A stretch of 59,523 nucleotides of DNA, filler included, from Platydemus manokwari (lineage: Eukaryota): assembly GCA_037951405.1 (NCBI GenBank). It is 5 parts of 5 records of this genome, joined end to end, with 100 filler letters (N's around TTAATTAATTAA, not from the genome) between each part and the next. Parts side by side here need not be neighbours in the genome. Positions count along the whole stretch, not along the records: positions 1 to 10,893 come from JBBMOY011082187.1; positions 10,994 to 24,896 come from JBBMOY011581410.1; 3 more parts are not named here. One strand, given 5' to 3'. Positions 1 to 11,552 of the stretch are shown piece by piece. The translations under genes were made by a program, and so were the position numbers. Position 1 is the first letter of the stretch. Every line of letters starts with the position of its first letter. The notes under the pieces are model-generated. The model saw only the letters and a list, made by a program, of their open reading frames with translations, searched no databases and was not told where the DNA came from.

Positions 1-1705
1 CAATGGCAAGTATCTTATTATATTCATATTGAACCAATGATAATATCGGTTATAATAATTTGTCATTGCAATATCTTAAATTATAATTATTCCATTTCCT
101 GACTGGTTGTCAAATAGATTTCTTAAATAATCAATGATTATTTAGAAAAATTATAATAATAATTCGCGCCAATATGCTATTATATTAACAAGTAATGAAT
201 ATGAAAGGGGACAATCCCTACATATTTAATATGTAGAAAAGAACAATCTTCCATTTTCATGATTCAAACAATGATTACGTAAAAAATGAAAATATTTAAG
301 GTTAACTAAAATAATTTTTAATTTCAACATTTAATGATGGAAAAATGATGGGGAGTGTGCACCTCTCATACCACGAATAATATTTTAGCAAACAAAATCA
401 AAATAACGCTTGTGACAAGTGGGGATTTTCCATTAAAATATAAATTTTAATACAAGCTCATAATTAAATTAAATTATAATTAATAGGTTTCAGATCATAT
501 TTAATAATTATAGTGATTCCTAATTAGCGAATATCAAATTTTTGGAAAACCAAAGCAATTATATATTGATTTTTGTCTTTCCCTATTTCCGGTTGTTTTT
601 AATATATAAGTGTATAGATTTGGTTTGGCTTTTATCGGTTTTGTATTTGATCGTTTTGATTATGAAAAGAATTTATCAATTATTTATCGATTGTTTATTG
701 AAGCATAAAATGTATCAAATCCTAACAATCTTCATAATCGATAATCAAATCCATGTACCTATGTGTCTTCTATCTTCTTCAAAAATATTACTCCAAAAAC
801 GATCCACTTTTCTGCTATTTTCGTCACCAACAATAGCTCGTACAAACTAATCACCATCTCTCAACAGCACATCCTCTTAATAATACTCTTTAATTATTAT
901 GGATCTTCCCTGTCATTCGACTCATGAACTCGACATCTAATAATTTACTCTATCTGGATCTAAAATCAAAAAGTATCACAAACCCTCTTATCTTAATGCA
1001 TTGCTTACTAGATACGACTGACACGCCATCCCTCTACATATAACGTATTCTAAAAAAACATTGTAGGAATAGTTCTGGCACTACATCAAAATAATGAAAT
1101 AATTGTTCTGCGCTAATTACGATTATTAAATAGCCTTGTTTTATTATTGATTCCTTTGAACATCTTATCCTATTATGCATTCATTTTAAATAAATATTAG
1201 ATTATTTTCCGCCTTCTTTTTTGAAAATAACATGCTCACATTTTTATAATTATTTCGTTATTTTTTTATAATTATTTAAAATTATTTTTTTTAAAATGTG
1301 AGAGATTTCAGTAATGTTTTAAGTAATATCATTTTATAAATTTTAATATTAAATATAATTATTTAAATATATTTTTAAATTATTAATTTAAAAATATCTA
1401 AATTTGAATTATTTATGGTATTTTTAAATAAACCTGACACATTTAATCTTCGTTTACTTTAAGTTCAGTTCCCGTGTAAAGAGTATTAATCGAAAGAGAA
1501 AATTAATCTAGCTGTCTCTACATTGGTAGACGTGATAGAACTGATAACAGCTATCTCTGATAATCTCTAATAATTCTTAAAACAATTTTCCTTCCATAAA
1601 ATAAAATTATCATTCATTCTCATATATTCAGACACACGTACACTTTCATTCATACATCAATTGTCAGTTAAATACCTACTTAAACCTAATTTATAGGTCT
1701 AAACG

Positions 1706-2027
1706 CCTCCCCTCAAGACCCTTGTCTTTTAACGCAGTTTCGTTTTACTCTTTCTACATCTTCCTTTTTTTGCTTCATCATGGTCATTCATGGCATTAAA
1801 CTGACTTTGCTCCAGATTTTGAATTAAATGATCTGTTTGACTGTATATTCCGTCTGTGTAGGTTCTGAAAGTTCTCAAAGTATCGTGGTAGTGGTGCACT
1901 GTTATCATTTTTTCGGGAGAAGATAGTAAAAGCTTGGATGTATACTGTGCATTGATATTTAATTGGTTCATCTGAGAATTAATGTATTGTCAGTCTTCTT
2001 TTTACCGATGTCAATATAGGACACTTC
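1706..2027 (-). mobile_element. Degenerate 3' end of a Ty3/gypsy pol (integrase C-terminus, chromodomain-like) plus polypurine tract
   Basis: A minus-strand frame with stops reads TDNTLILR*TN*ISMHSIHPSFYYLL..EPTQTEYTVKQII, resembling the IHPVFHVSLL and EYEVE-type motifs of chromodomain-bearing gypsy integrases. It is followed by PPT GAGGGGAGG (1714-1706) and a putative LTR start. Confidence 0.4.
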
Positions 2028-4204
2028 ATCAGTACAGTAATTTATATGGAATAGGAAACTAACAACAGTACACAGGCTTTTTATTAGATATTGTTATTTG
2101 TTATTATTGATTAGATCTGTTCAGTCTTATATCGTTATTGATTATCTCGAATTTCTTGTATTGCTCCATTGATATATTTCATTGATAGTTATTTAAAATA
2201 AAAGTAAATTAACTGTTTCGAAACAATGAAGTTGTTAAAAATAAAAAAGAAAGTAAAATAAATATCCATATTCGACAAGAAGAATGAATATTCTATCCAA
2301 TAATCAATAATTTCACATGTGTACAAAGTCATCAATTCGCTTTCAAAAATATATTTGATAATAAAAATGTGAACAAGATTCGAAAATGTAGGAACGAATT
2401 AATTTATAAAAGTTAGATAAAAATCCAAAAAATTTATTGACAAGCATTGAATAGATTCAATACTATTCAATTATCATTGTGAAGAACTACTTCAAAGCAG
2501 TATGTAATAAAAACTGTATCTGTGACAGATTGTTAACAAGACACGACATATTTAAGTGAAAATTTCAAATGGTTTATAATGGAATCTCTATTTTTTTTCA
2601 ATGGCGTCGAATTTTTTTTCCATGGCGTCGAATTTGTTTTGTATGTTGTTATTGTTATTATTATTTTGTTTTTGGTAACAGCTTTTGGGAAAATGTGTTG
2701 TTATGATTTCAATTGAATATCGAATGAGTCTTCTGAACAAATTACTGTCCCATGTCACTGCAATGTTCTCGACTATTTCAGATTGAATGTCTAATATTTA
2801 TCATTTTGTTTTGTTTATGAAATCCAGTAATTATAATAAAAACAACAATCAGTGCTGCGGGTGCGTATTAGAACGATGTATTTGTCAAGATACTGCGGAA
2901 AATAAACTGAGATCAATAACCAATTATCATGATTATTAGCTAAATTCTATTGATTGTTAAAACTGTTTCAAGAATTAAGAATGCGATTATCACAGCCTAA
3001 TCCCAGAAATTGATAAGCTGATAAAAGTACCAGAATGTGTGTTATATTCATTTCAATTTCCAGAAATTCCATACGCATACATAATTATAATTGATTCATC
3101 TCATTATTTGTAAAATTTATAAATATATTATTAATATATTATGAATAAGATAACAGTATGCCAATTTGTTATGATAGAAGTTCTTTAAATATCTTTATTT
3201 TGCCTTCTCATTAGTTTAGTTTATTTTTAAATTTAGAGAGATAGCTAAGGATGGAAGTGGTTTTTGTTGAAATACATATTCGCTCCATTGATTGTTGTTT
3301 AATTATACCCATTGATTTATTCAGACTTGTCATTGTTAGGATTTAAGATAATTAATTTAAATCATTTGTGCGTGAAAATTATAACAACAGCTTTTGTAAA
3401 AATAGGTCGATAAAAACCGAACGATCAAGTACTTTAATAGCACCTATGAAAAAAATATTTGAGATCATTGAAAAAAACAGAAAATTCCATTATGAACAAA
3501 ATGGAATTTTCAATCAATTGTCAAGATTTATTGTATCTCTTAACTTATGTCTAAAGTTAGAAAAGGATTCTTTGCTCCGTCGTAATTTTCTGTAAATTGC
3601 AATTTGACTTGCATTGACTTGTTTATCAAATTTGTAGCTCTACTGTACTTCATAATTCATTTCCCACAACTCAAATTTTTCACAATTTCTTAAATAAAAA
3701 TTCAAAATGTTTTTAAAGAATATAATTAGATAAACTAATAAGATTTTTGCTTTCAATAAATTAAAATTTTAATTTGATTTATAAATGTTGTCTCGTGACC
3801 CAAAATTCGAAGATTAAATCAAAAATAACATTTTTTCAAACAAAAATGTGATTATTAGTGATTTGATATGAGTTAAATCGATCACTTTCGATTCTTTCTG
3901 TTTCTGTTCAAAGATTGTCGATTCTCACATTGGCTGTGTTTGAAAACTTGAATTTAAATGTTATTCATTTAATGTTATGGCGGTATTGATGTTTCCTCCT
4001 TAAACAATTTATTTACGATTCAGTAAATTATAAGATTGCCAGAACAGAAACAAAAATACGTTAGGAAAATTAGCAAATTTTCCACTGGCAATTAATTTAG
4101 TTGATAGAATTATTTTCAACATATGTTTGAATCATTATTGGTTAAAAATGGTGTTGCAGAAACAATTACATAAGGCACGTGTTTCAAATCATTTTCATTT
4201 CATT

Positions 4205-4518
4205 ATGAGTTCAACATTATTGTTTTTAATATTGCAGTAAGATTTTCATTTAACTAATTTTTCGATTATATTATTAACGATTTGATCAGGGTGACTTGTT
4301 TGAAACAAATATTTGTGGAGACTGCAGTTCTGACTGGTTGCACTGATTATAAGGACCAAAATTGTCAATGGTGCATCGATAATTATTCCACCAGAGATGC
4401 TTGTATGAAATGTGTTGGAGATTACAATCTGATAAAATGTTGCTTTAATCCAACTCTTAGATATTTTATGAATCCGAAACAATCGATATGCCTATCTGTC
4501 AAAGCGAATAATCAATAA
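4205..4518 (+). CDS. Small secreted 8-cysteine peptide (86 aa, 2 exons)
   Basis: Exon 4205-4236, 53-nt GTAAG..CAG intron 4237-4289, exon 4290-4518, splicing in frame to MSSTLLFLILQVTCLKQIFVETAVLTGCTDYKDQNCQWCIDNYSTRDACMKCVGDYNLIKCCFNPTLRYFMNPKQSICLSVKANNQ*. Hydrophobic N-terminus, AATAAA overlapping the stop, and an upstream in-frame ATG at 4148. Confidence 0.7.
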
Positions 4519-7500
4519 ATTGAATATTGATTAATTTAACTATGTTAACTAAGAACCTTTGTTATCAATAATTTTCAATATTAAAAAGAATCCTAGATTG
4601 AGTTACTCGTATTTAGAGAATTATAATATAATGAATGATAATATAATGAGAAGAAAAGAAAATTAAGAATATTAAATATATCCTGCTCATATAAAACCCT
4701 CCATGTATTGAAGACTACTATCAAATCAATATATAAACTGGTGCGGTTTTCTTGGTTTATTATGATTTAAAATTATTCGAAATACGTCAGGTTTTAAAAC
4801 ATTTTATACCTAATTATTATTAAACAAATGAAATATACTCCCTAATTTGAGACTATGTTATTAAACAATATTGACATTTTCGGTTAGCTAACAAAAATTT
4901 TTAACAGTTTTATTATTAAATATAAGATAAATAAAAAACAAAATGATTTTATAAAATCAGAATTTTGTCAGAGCAATTCACAGCACAATGCCAAATTCAG
5001 ATATAATTTTAATTCAAAGCAGATCACAAGGATACAGAGTTTTCTTGAATTGATTATCAAGTTCAAACGTGCAAAAGATACACTCTATCAATCTCACTTT
5101 CTAATTTAATTTTTAATTTTAAACCTTAACCATGCAATTATTTGAAATGTTTAGTCCAGCAAAGGATGGTTTAGATATCGAACCTTGTTTGTGCCGATAA
5201 AGGTGTTTGTGACGAATTTTTTCACGATTATTGACTGGTCTAAAATATATAAGATATTCATTTCTGTTGGCGTTCTCGATAAAAAAAATAGATTTCTTTT
5301 CTCTTACAGTGAATAATTCTTTTGATTTCCAATCACATTTATACAAAACTATTATCTGAGTGCAAAAAATACTGCCATTTCTTCAAGATTTTAATCTAAT
5401 GATTATATCGTGTCATTATCACAATAGGAACCCAATCGAAATTGATAAAGTAATCTATATTAAAACGATACCCACATAATGTACATTATTTCCGATATAA
5501 TTAAGTAGTTTGGGTGAATTACTTTAAAATTGGCATCGCAATTAATTTTTTCACAAGTTGATTTTATTCTCCTTGTCAAGAAATATTTAAAGAAGCTCTA
5601 ACAAAGCACTTTTGCTATTAAAATTTGAATGATACCAAGCGAATTATATCGAGATACATTGTGATTTGTGATGATACAAAAATCATTAAGTCAAAGATCA
5701 TTTGAAATGAAGTAACTGCAGATAAGAAATACATATTTGCTAATATGATGAGAATTACAGAATTTTGGCAGTGAATTGAATTATGAATATTTGAGTCGAA
5801 CATTTATTGGGGTGTGAATGTGACAAAAGCAAAGTTTGATTGGTGCATGATATTATGGATGTGTTATCAGTTATCCGTTAGCAATATCTGTTGTAACTTG
5901 TTGATTTTGATAATTAATCAGAGCTATATTCTTGAAATATAATCGCCATATTCGACCATTACAATTGACAACTATTCCAATCAATAATCCCAAGCTCGAG
6001 TTGACAGCTCTGAAAATATTATTGATAATTTTCCAATCTGCATCATTATGATTGTTACACCAGTCAATATTGATAATTTGATTGAGAAAATTATTAAGAT
6101 CTTTGAATTTCGATCAATTAAATTTGATTGATACAGATTCATTGTTTCTTTTAATGATTTGTTTAATAATAGCGAATTAATTAAATAAAAATCAATAACT
6201 GAAAGATTATCGAAATTGCAGTTATTCTAATCATATTAAAAATATACAAAAATTTACTGAATGATCGATAATGAATAATAAAAAAATATATTTGAAAAAA
6301 ACCTCGAGTTTGCTTTATGATCTGAAGTATCTAATCTGTTCTCAATAAAACATCGGATTAATCAATATAAGAGTTATAAATTATTCAAATATATTTAAAC
6401 ATTAGAAAGCTTAGTGGTCACAAACTGTATGGATTTCGATTCAATAATAATAATGAATAGAAAATAAAATCCAGTAAATGCAATCTGAGGAAGTTTTGTT
6501 TAAATAGCAGTCGAATGAAATTTCTTAAATTAAGAGGGAATTTTGTGAAATATATAAATGATAACGACAAGAAATGAAAATGAAATATACGTCCACGTTT
6601 TATCTTGAAACGTGTTACAGTTCTGCCTTGATTTCAGATAAGTTATTCTTAAGCTGAAACTACATGTTTCCAAAATGTTTCATAAAATCGGTGTGACATG
6701 GCAATATTTAGATGATATTTTTCAAATAAAAACAATACCCTATCTAATAAAGGATTATATTCTTGCTTCTTATCAATTATAGTTTCAATCAGAACCTTCA
6801 ACAATTGTTGTCTTAATCTGCATCGTAAAATGCAAATCAGATCAGATGATCTCATAATACATAAGATGAGAAGTATTAGGCCTGCCATCTAAAAATAATT
6901 TCATCAATAAATGTTATCCATTTCCTTAAATATTCCTTCCTCCAGGTCTAGTCATCCTCTATAATATTGATTTTCTTCCACCTAACCAGCAATAAGGAAC
7001 TTTACCATATGTCACTGGTAACCAATACAAGCATGTGTATCTACAACAGCAAATTATCACTCCTAGTATCCAGAATATTAAAGCAAACACACAAACTGTC
7101 AAAGATTCATAAATCGTTTTGATGAAGGATTGATGATAGAAAATGTTCAAGGGGAATTCATGGTAAAAATCGTCACCCAACATGGACAAGAAAATAATGC
7201 AAAATATGTGATGATCACCATCCAATTACAATCGATAAATTTGCGGGTACATTTATAATTAGATAAATATTTTGAATTAGAAATTCTCTCAATATTATTT
7301 ACTGCTTATAAATCTGATTAGAATATTAATGATGGTAATCATAAATCTTTAGATCATGAGAAATCCATCTATGGTGGCGCATTGCAAAAATAAATGAAAT
7401 TCCTAAAAGTACCAGAGAATTCAAAAGCAAAGGAATTATTACATTATCTTAAACACAAAACCCAATATTATTTTATTTGTTTTAATATTACTTAATATAT

Positions 7501-9329
7501 TAATGCAATTATCACATTACAATTATTTATTGAGATTATGTATTAAATGTCTAATACTTTTATCCCAGGAAATTGTCAACCAACACCTGGTTTATCATCA
7601 TCTTTTGATGTATTTCATATTTTCGAATATATTCAAGGAAAAGAATCATAAAGCAGGATTTAAAATCTAATACTTTTCATTACTGTAAATATTTAAAATC
7701 CTTGGAGACCAATGAATGGCATACTAAATCTATTGAAAAATGGTGGTGCTGTAGTCTATACGGAAATACTGAAATAACAACTAATATCATTAATTCTTTT
7801 CAACAGTTTCCAATGAAGTCTATAACTACATTACAAGCGCAATTTGTATTTCTAATTTATATTGATCATGATAATTTATTTTGGTGCTAAACCATCTCTT
7901 AGAAATGCTGCATTTACGAATTATATTTGTAATGAAATGATGTTAACAATAAACACTGAATTGTCGAAGGTAAAAATAAAATGAAAATTTTGTTTACAAT
8001 AATTTAAAACATGCGAAATAATTAAAAGTGAAAAATAAAATCCAGAAAAAATTGTTTATGAATATATAAGACGTACAATTAAAGTAGCAAATCATATTAC
8101 TAGGTCATTGATTACTAAAAATCTAGTGTAATTGTTGGACCAAAAGAAAAATGGAATTTAGCAAGACCATTTTATTGGCAATTTGAATACATATTCGAAA
8201 TTTTCGAACGTTATCTAGGTGCTATTAATGAAAATCATAAATCTGGTAGATGAATTATCATATCTTATCATATATAACTCCTCTGTTTGATAGGCTTTAT
8301 ACTAAGGATGATAAAGTATCCATAATATTTTTTAAGATTTTCGATAAAATGGAATAGTCAAAAGGTCATTATTATGGATCTACAACTTTTTTCGTGGAAG
8401 TTGTGTTACTAAATGGAAATATATGCATATATGTTTGGGCTATTTATTTACTTTCACATGAAACTTCAATAATAATATATTGGCTAATTTATTTTATAAC
8501 CTAATATTTATATTGGGTACAATTCTCAGCTTATTAGGAATCTTTTCTTTCGTATTCACATCAATAATTCTTTATTACAATAAGGACAAAGTTTATTCAT
8601 GAGATTGGATATCTGATGAAAATGTGATGGAATATATGATCAGAAAAATTTCAAAATTTTTACCCTATCCAACAAGTGAAGATTACTGTTGTCATTTAAT
8701 TGTCTTGTATTATCAAGTGATATTTATTTATAAATATTAATTATCAAATAAAGAAAGACAAAACAATCAAATATATTTGATTAATTTTAACAGTTTTACC
8801 ACTTTAGCAGTTAATGTGTAATTCTGATATCATTTATTACAACAACAATAAAAAGAATTTACTCATAATAATTGGACTGAGCAATTATAAAAATATCGGA
8901 CGAATAAATAATATGTTACGTTTAGATATGTTATATCAATTTTGTGTACTCGTAATACTCTGATACGTCTTTAACAGGATGTCACTTTAATTCATTGATG
9001 CGTATTATCATGTGTTACTTGTCTGTATGGATAAGTTACTATTTTAGTCAATGTAGTTATTATTAGTAACCTCTGTTTTTATTCTATTTTTAGATATGGT
9101 GTGATTTCTAATTTTTTTATTTTCGTTTATGACATTGAGATTGAAGTAGCAATTGATGAGATTTAACCTTTTTAAACATTTTATGTATGCATATTTATGT
9201 AAAGTTTTATTTTAATATTATTTCTTTCAAAAATTTTCTATACTTAATTTTTTTCATATATTGATTTCGCATATAGCTTAGATGGTTCCTTGTAGATCTA
9301 CAATAATGTTTCTCAAATAATGTTCCATA

Positions 9330-10060
9330 TAGTTTTATCAAACATCCAACCAATTTATATAAAATTCATTAAACTAAATATTTCTCCAACACTTTCAATT
9401 TCGTGTGTTCCTAATGTTTATTTCATGGAAATAATTAAATCTGGAAAAAAAATATTTTCTAAAATAATATTATGATTAACTTTAACATTATTTTCTTTTG
9501 TTTTCTTTAATTCAAACTCAATTAAATATCAAAGAAAACTGTTACAAATATCTACAGGATTTGAGGTTTGTCAGGATTCATAAACAATGTCAAAAGATTT
9601 ATTTAAATTAAAAAATGATCATTTAATCCAAATACTTTTGAAGTAATTTTATTTTTCTTTATTTATATTTATCCGAAATTGTATAATTTTGTCATAGTAC
9701 GATTTATAGAAATATAACGATTATTAAGTCCTATTTTTTTAGCAGATAACAATTTTCTTAATTCGTAAAATAGTTCTATTGGATTCCCTCACCATTTAAT
9801 TTTGTTCTTGGTATGCTAGGATTATTATGAATTATTCTAAAATTTTTATAGTTAAAAATTTTTAGTGCATTTGTTTTCTCTAACATTCCAAAAATAACTT
9901 TAAAAATCTTCTTCACTTTTCGTTGCATTTTTATTTCCCAAAATAAGGTTTAACAAATTATCTGTGATCTCATATTCGTTCCCATATCTAGCATATGTAA
10001 AGTAATTTTAATCGTATGATTTAAACAAGTTTTTGAACGGATAGTTTTTTAAATTTTATA
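9330..10060 (-). mobile_element. Polinton/Maverick remnant (major capsid protein-like fragment and neighbouring gene fragment)
   Basis: One minus-strand frame 9560-9330 reads DICNSFL*YLIEFELKK..NIILENIFFPDLIISMK*TLGTHEIESVGEIFSLMNF..GWMFD, the pattern of the N-terminal part of Polinton major capsid proteins. Near 9990-9910 it reads YEITDNLLNLILG. Multiple stops. Confidence 0.55.
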
Positions 10061-10893
10061 TTCTTTTTTTCAGTGCAGTGAACTATATTTTTAAATTTTG
10101 ATATTTATTATTATTGTCAAACACAAATTCATCCATTGAACATAGTTTCTTAAATAAGGAACAATTTAAAACAAATCTGAAATATCAGAATATTTTAACA
10201 AATCGATTATCAAAAGTTTTCTTTATCTAAAATTTAACTAACTTCATTCTTAAGTTGTTTTTTAAATCTTTTTCGGTCACACAATTATTCGAATTTTATT
10301 CTGTTCCTGGAAATCAAAAAGCACTTGATAAATTTATTTTTGTTTTAATTAATAATTTAATTAGACTGACTTATGCAGTAAATACAATACAAATAAAAGT
10401 TTAAAGAGTTGGCAGCATTATTAAATGAAGTCCGATATGCATTTAAACTTTATAAACCACTAAAATATATATAACCATTAACTCATATTTATTAATGCAA
10501 ATCCTTGATTCACTATTACCACAAGAATTAAATGTAGAACAGTATTTTTGATCACTACATTACTAGAGACCATAATATCTGTGAAAAATTAATTCAGATA
10601 AGAAACAAATTTTTATAAAATTTCATGTTCAGGAAGTAGGTATCCGATATATGCTAGCTATATAAATCCAATAAATATTGATAACTACGTGCTGAGATTA
10701 AGTAAAATAAAATTTAATATTCACTTCAAAGGTTTACGGTTTCATAAATGGTTTAAATCTAAAGCATTATTCTTTAGAACGATTAAATTATTTTATCGTT
10801 TCCATTAACTATTGTCGATTTCGCCATTCTACGCGTGGCTCTTTGCAGAACATGCCAATTGGAATCAAACTCTTCTTTAAAAATTAGAACGTG

Positions 10894-10993
10894 NNNNNNN
10901 NNNNNNNNNNNNNNNNNNNNNNNNNNNNNNNNNNNNNTTAATTAATTAANNNNNNNNNNNNNNNNNNNNNNNNNNNNNNNNNNNNNNNNNNNN
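10894..10993. other. Artificial scaffold-join linker (44N-TTAATTAATTAA-44N)
   Basis: Stop-codon 12-mer at 10938-10949 inside an exactly 100-nt spacer; identical construct recurs three more times. Confidence 0.97.
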
Positions 10994-11064
10994 TTTAAAT
11001 GATTTGGTAAAACAAAAACTTTAAACAACTAAAAAACATGAATAACTTTTGACTCAGCCTAATA
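10994..11064 (+). mobile_element. Mariner transposon right end with terminal inverted repeat
   Basis: Ends AATAACTTTTGACTCAGCCTAA-TA. The reverse complement TA-TTAGGCTGAGTCAAAAGTTATT matches the mariner TIR pattern TTAGGTTGGTGCAAAAGTAATT with a flanking TA target site. Confidence 0.7.
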
Positions 11065-11552
11065 TAATAAGCATACTACTAGGAGACTCTAGTAAGTAGA
11101 ATAAAATTTCATAGGGAACTTGTTCAGGTTTTTATTAAATGATACTTGGAGCTTGAGCTTACATGCCTATATGCCAATGTACATCAAATTTTCGGTTACC
11201 TTATTGTAACGGGTCTTGAGCTAAAAAGATGTGGTATGACGTTTTGATTGGTTCGTAGTTCTACTTAATCACAAAAAGTATTCACAAATCATATTTCAAA
11301 TATTTCGTGATAATAAGCAACTCAAAATCAGCTCTATTTTTTATCGATTTTAAATATGGAATTGTTAACAACGCGGTATTATGGATTTTCTTAAGGCTGC
11401 AATGATTTCACCTCCCAGCTAATATTGAAAGAAACCTGATATTATACACAATATTTTATTTTTAAATGCATTGATATCCTTAATATGGAATAATTTTATT
11501 TCTTTTATTTATTATTATAATAATGATCAACATTTTATTAAATTTTATCTAG

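Noticed and set aside
2592-2635. Tandem ATGGCGTCGAATTT repeat (and similar 20-bp duplication near 46570-46606) as a CRISPR-like array
   Set aside because: Only two adjacent units, no spacers, eukaryotic context; simple slippage duplications.
6649-8720. Hydrophobic ORF fragments on both strands (possible membrane-protein pseudogenes)
   Set aside because: Many stops, no consistent splice model and no recognisable family motif.
10938-10949. TTAATTAATTAA palindrome as a biological motif or piggyBac site
   Set aside because: Embedded in fixed-length N runs four times; it is an assembly linker.
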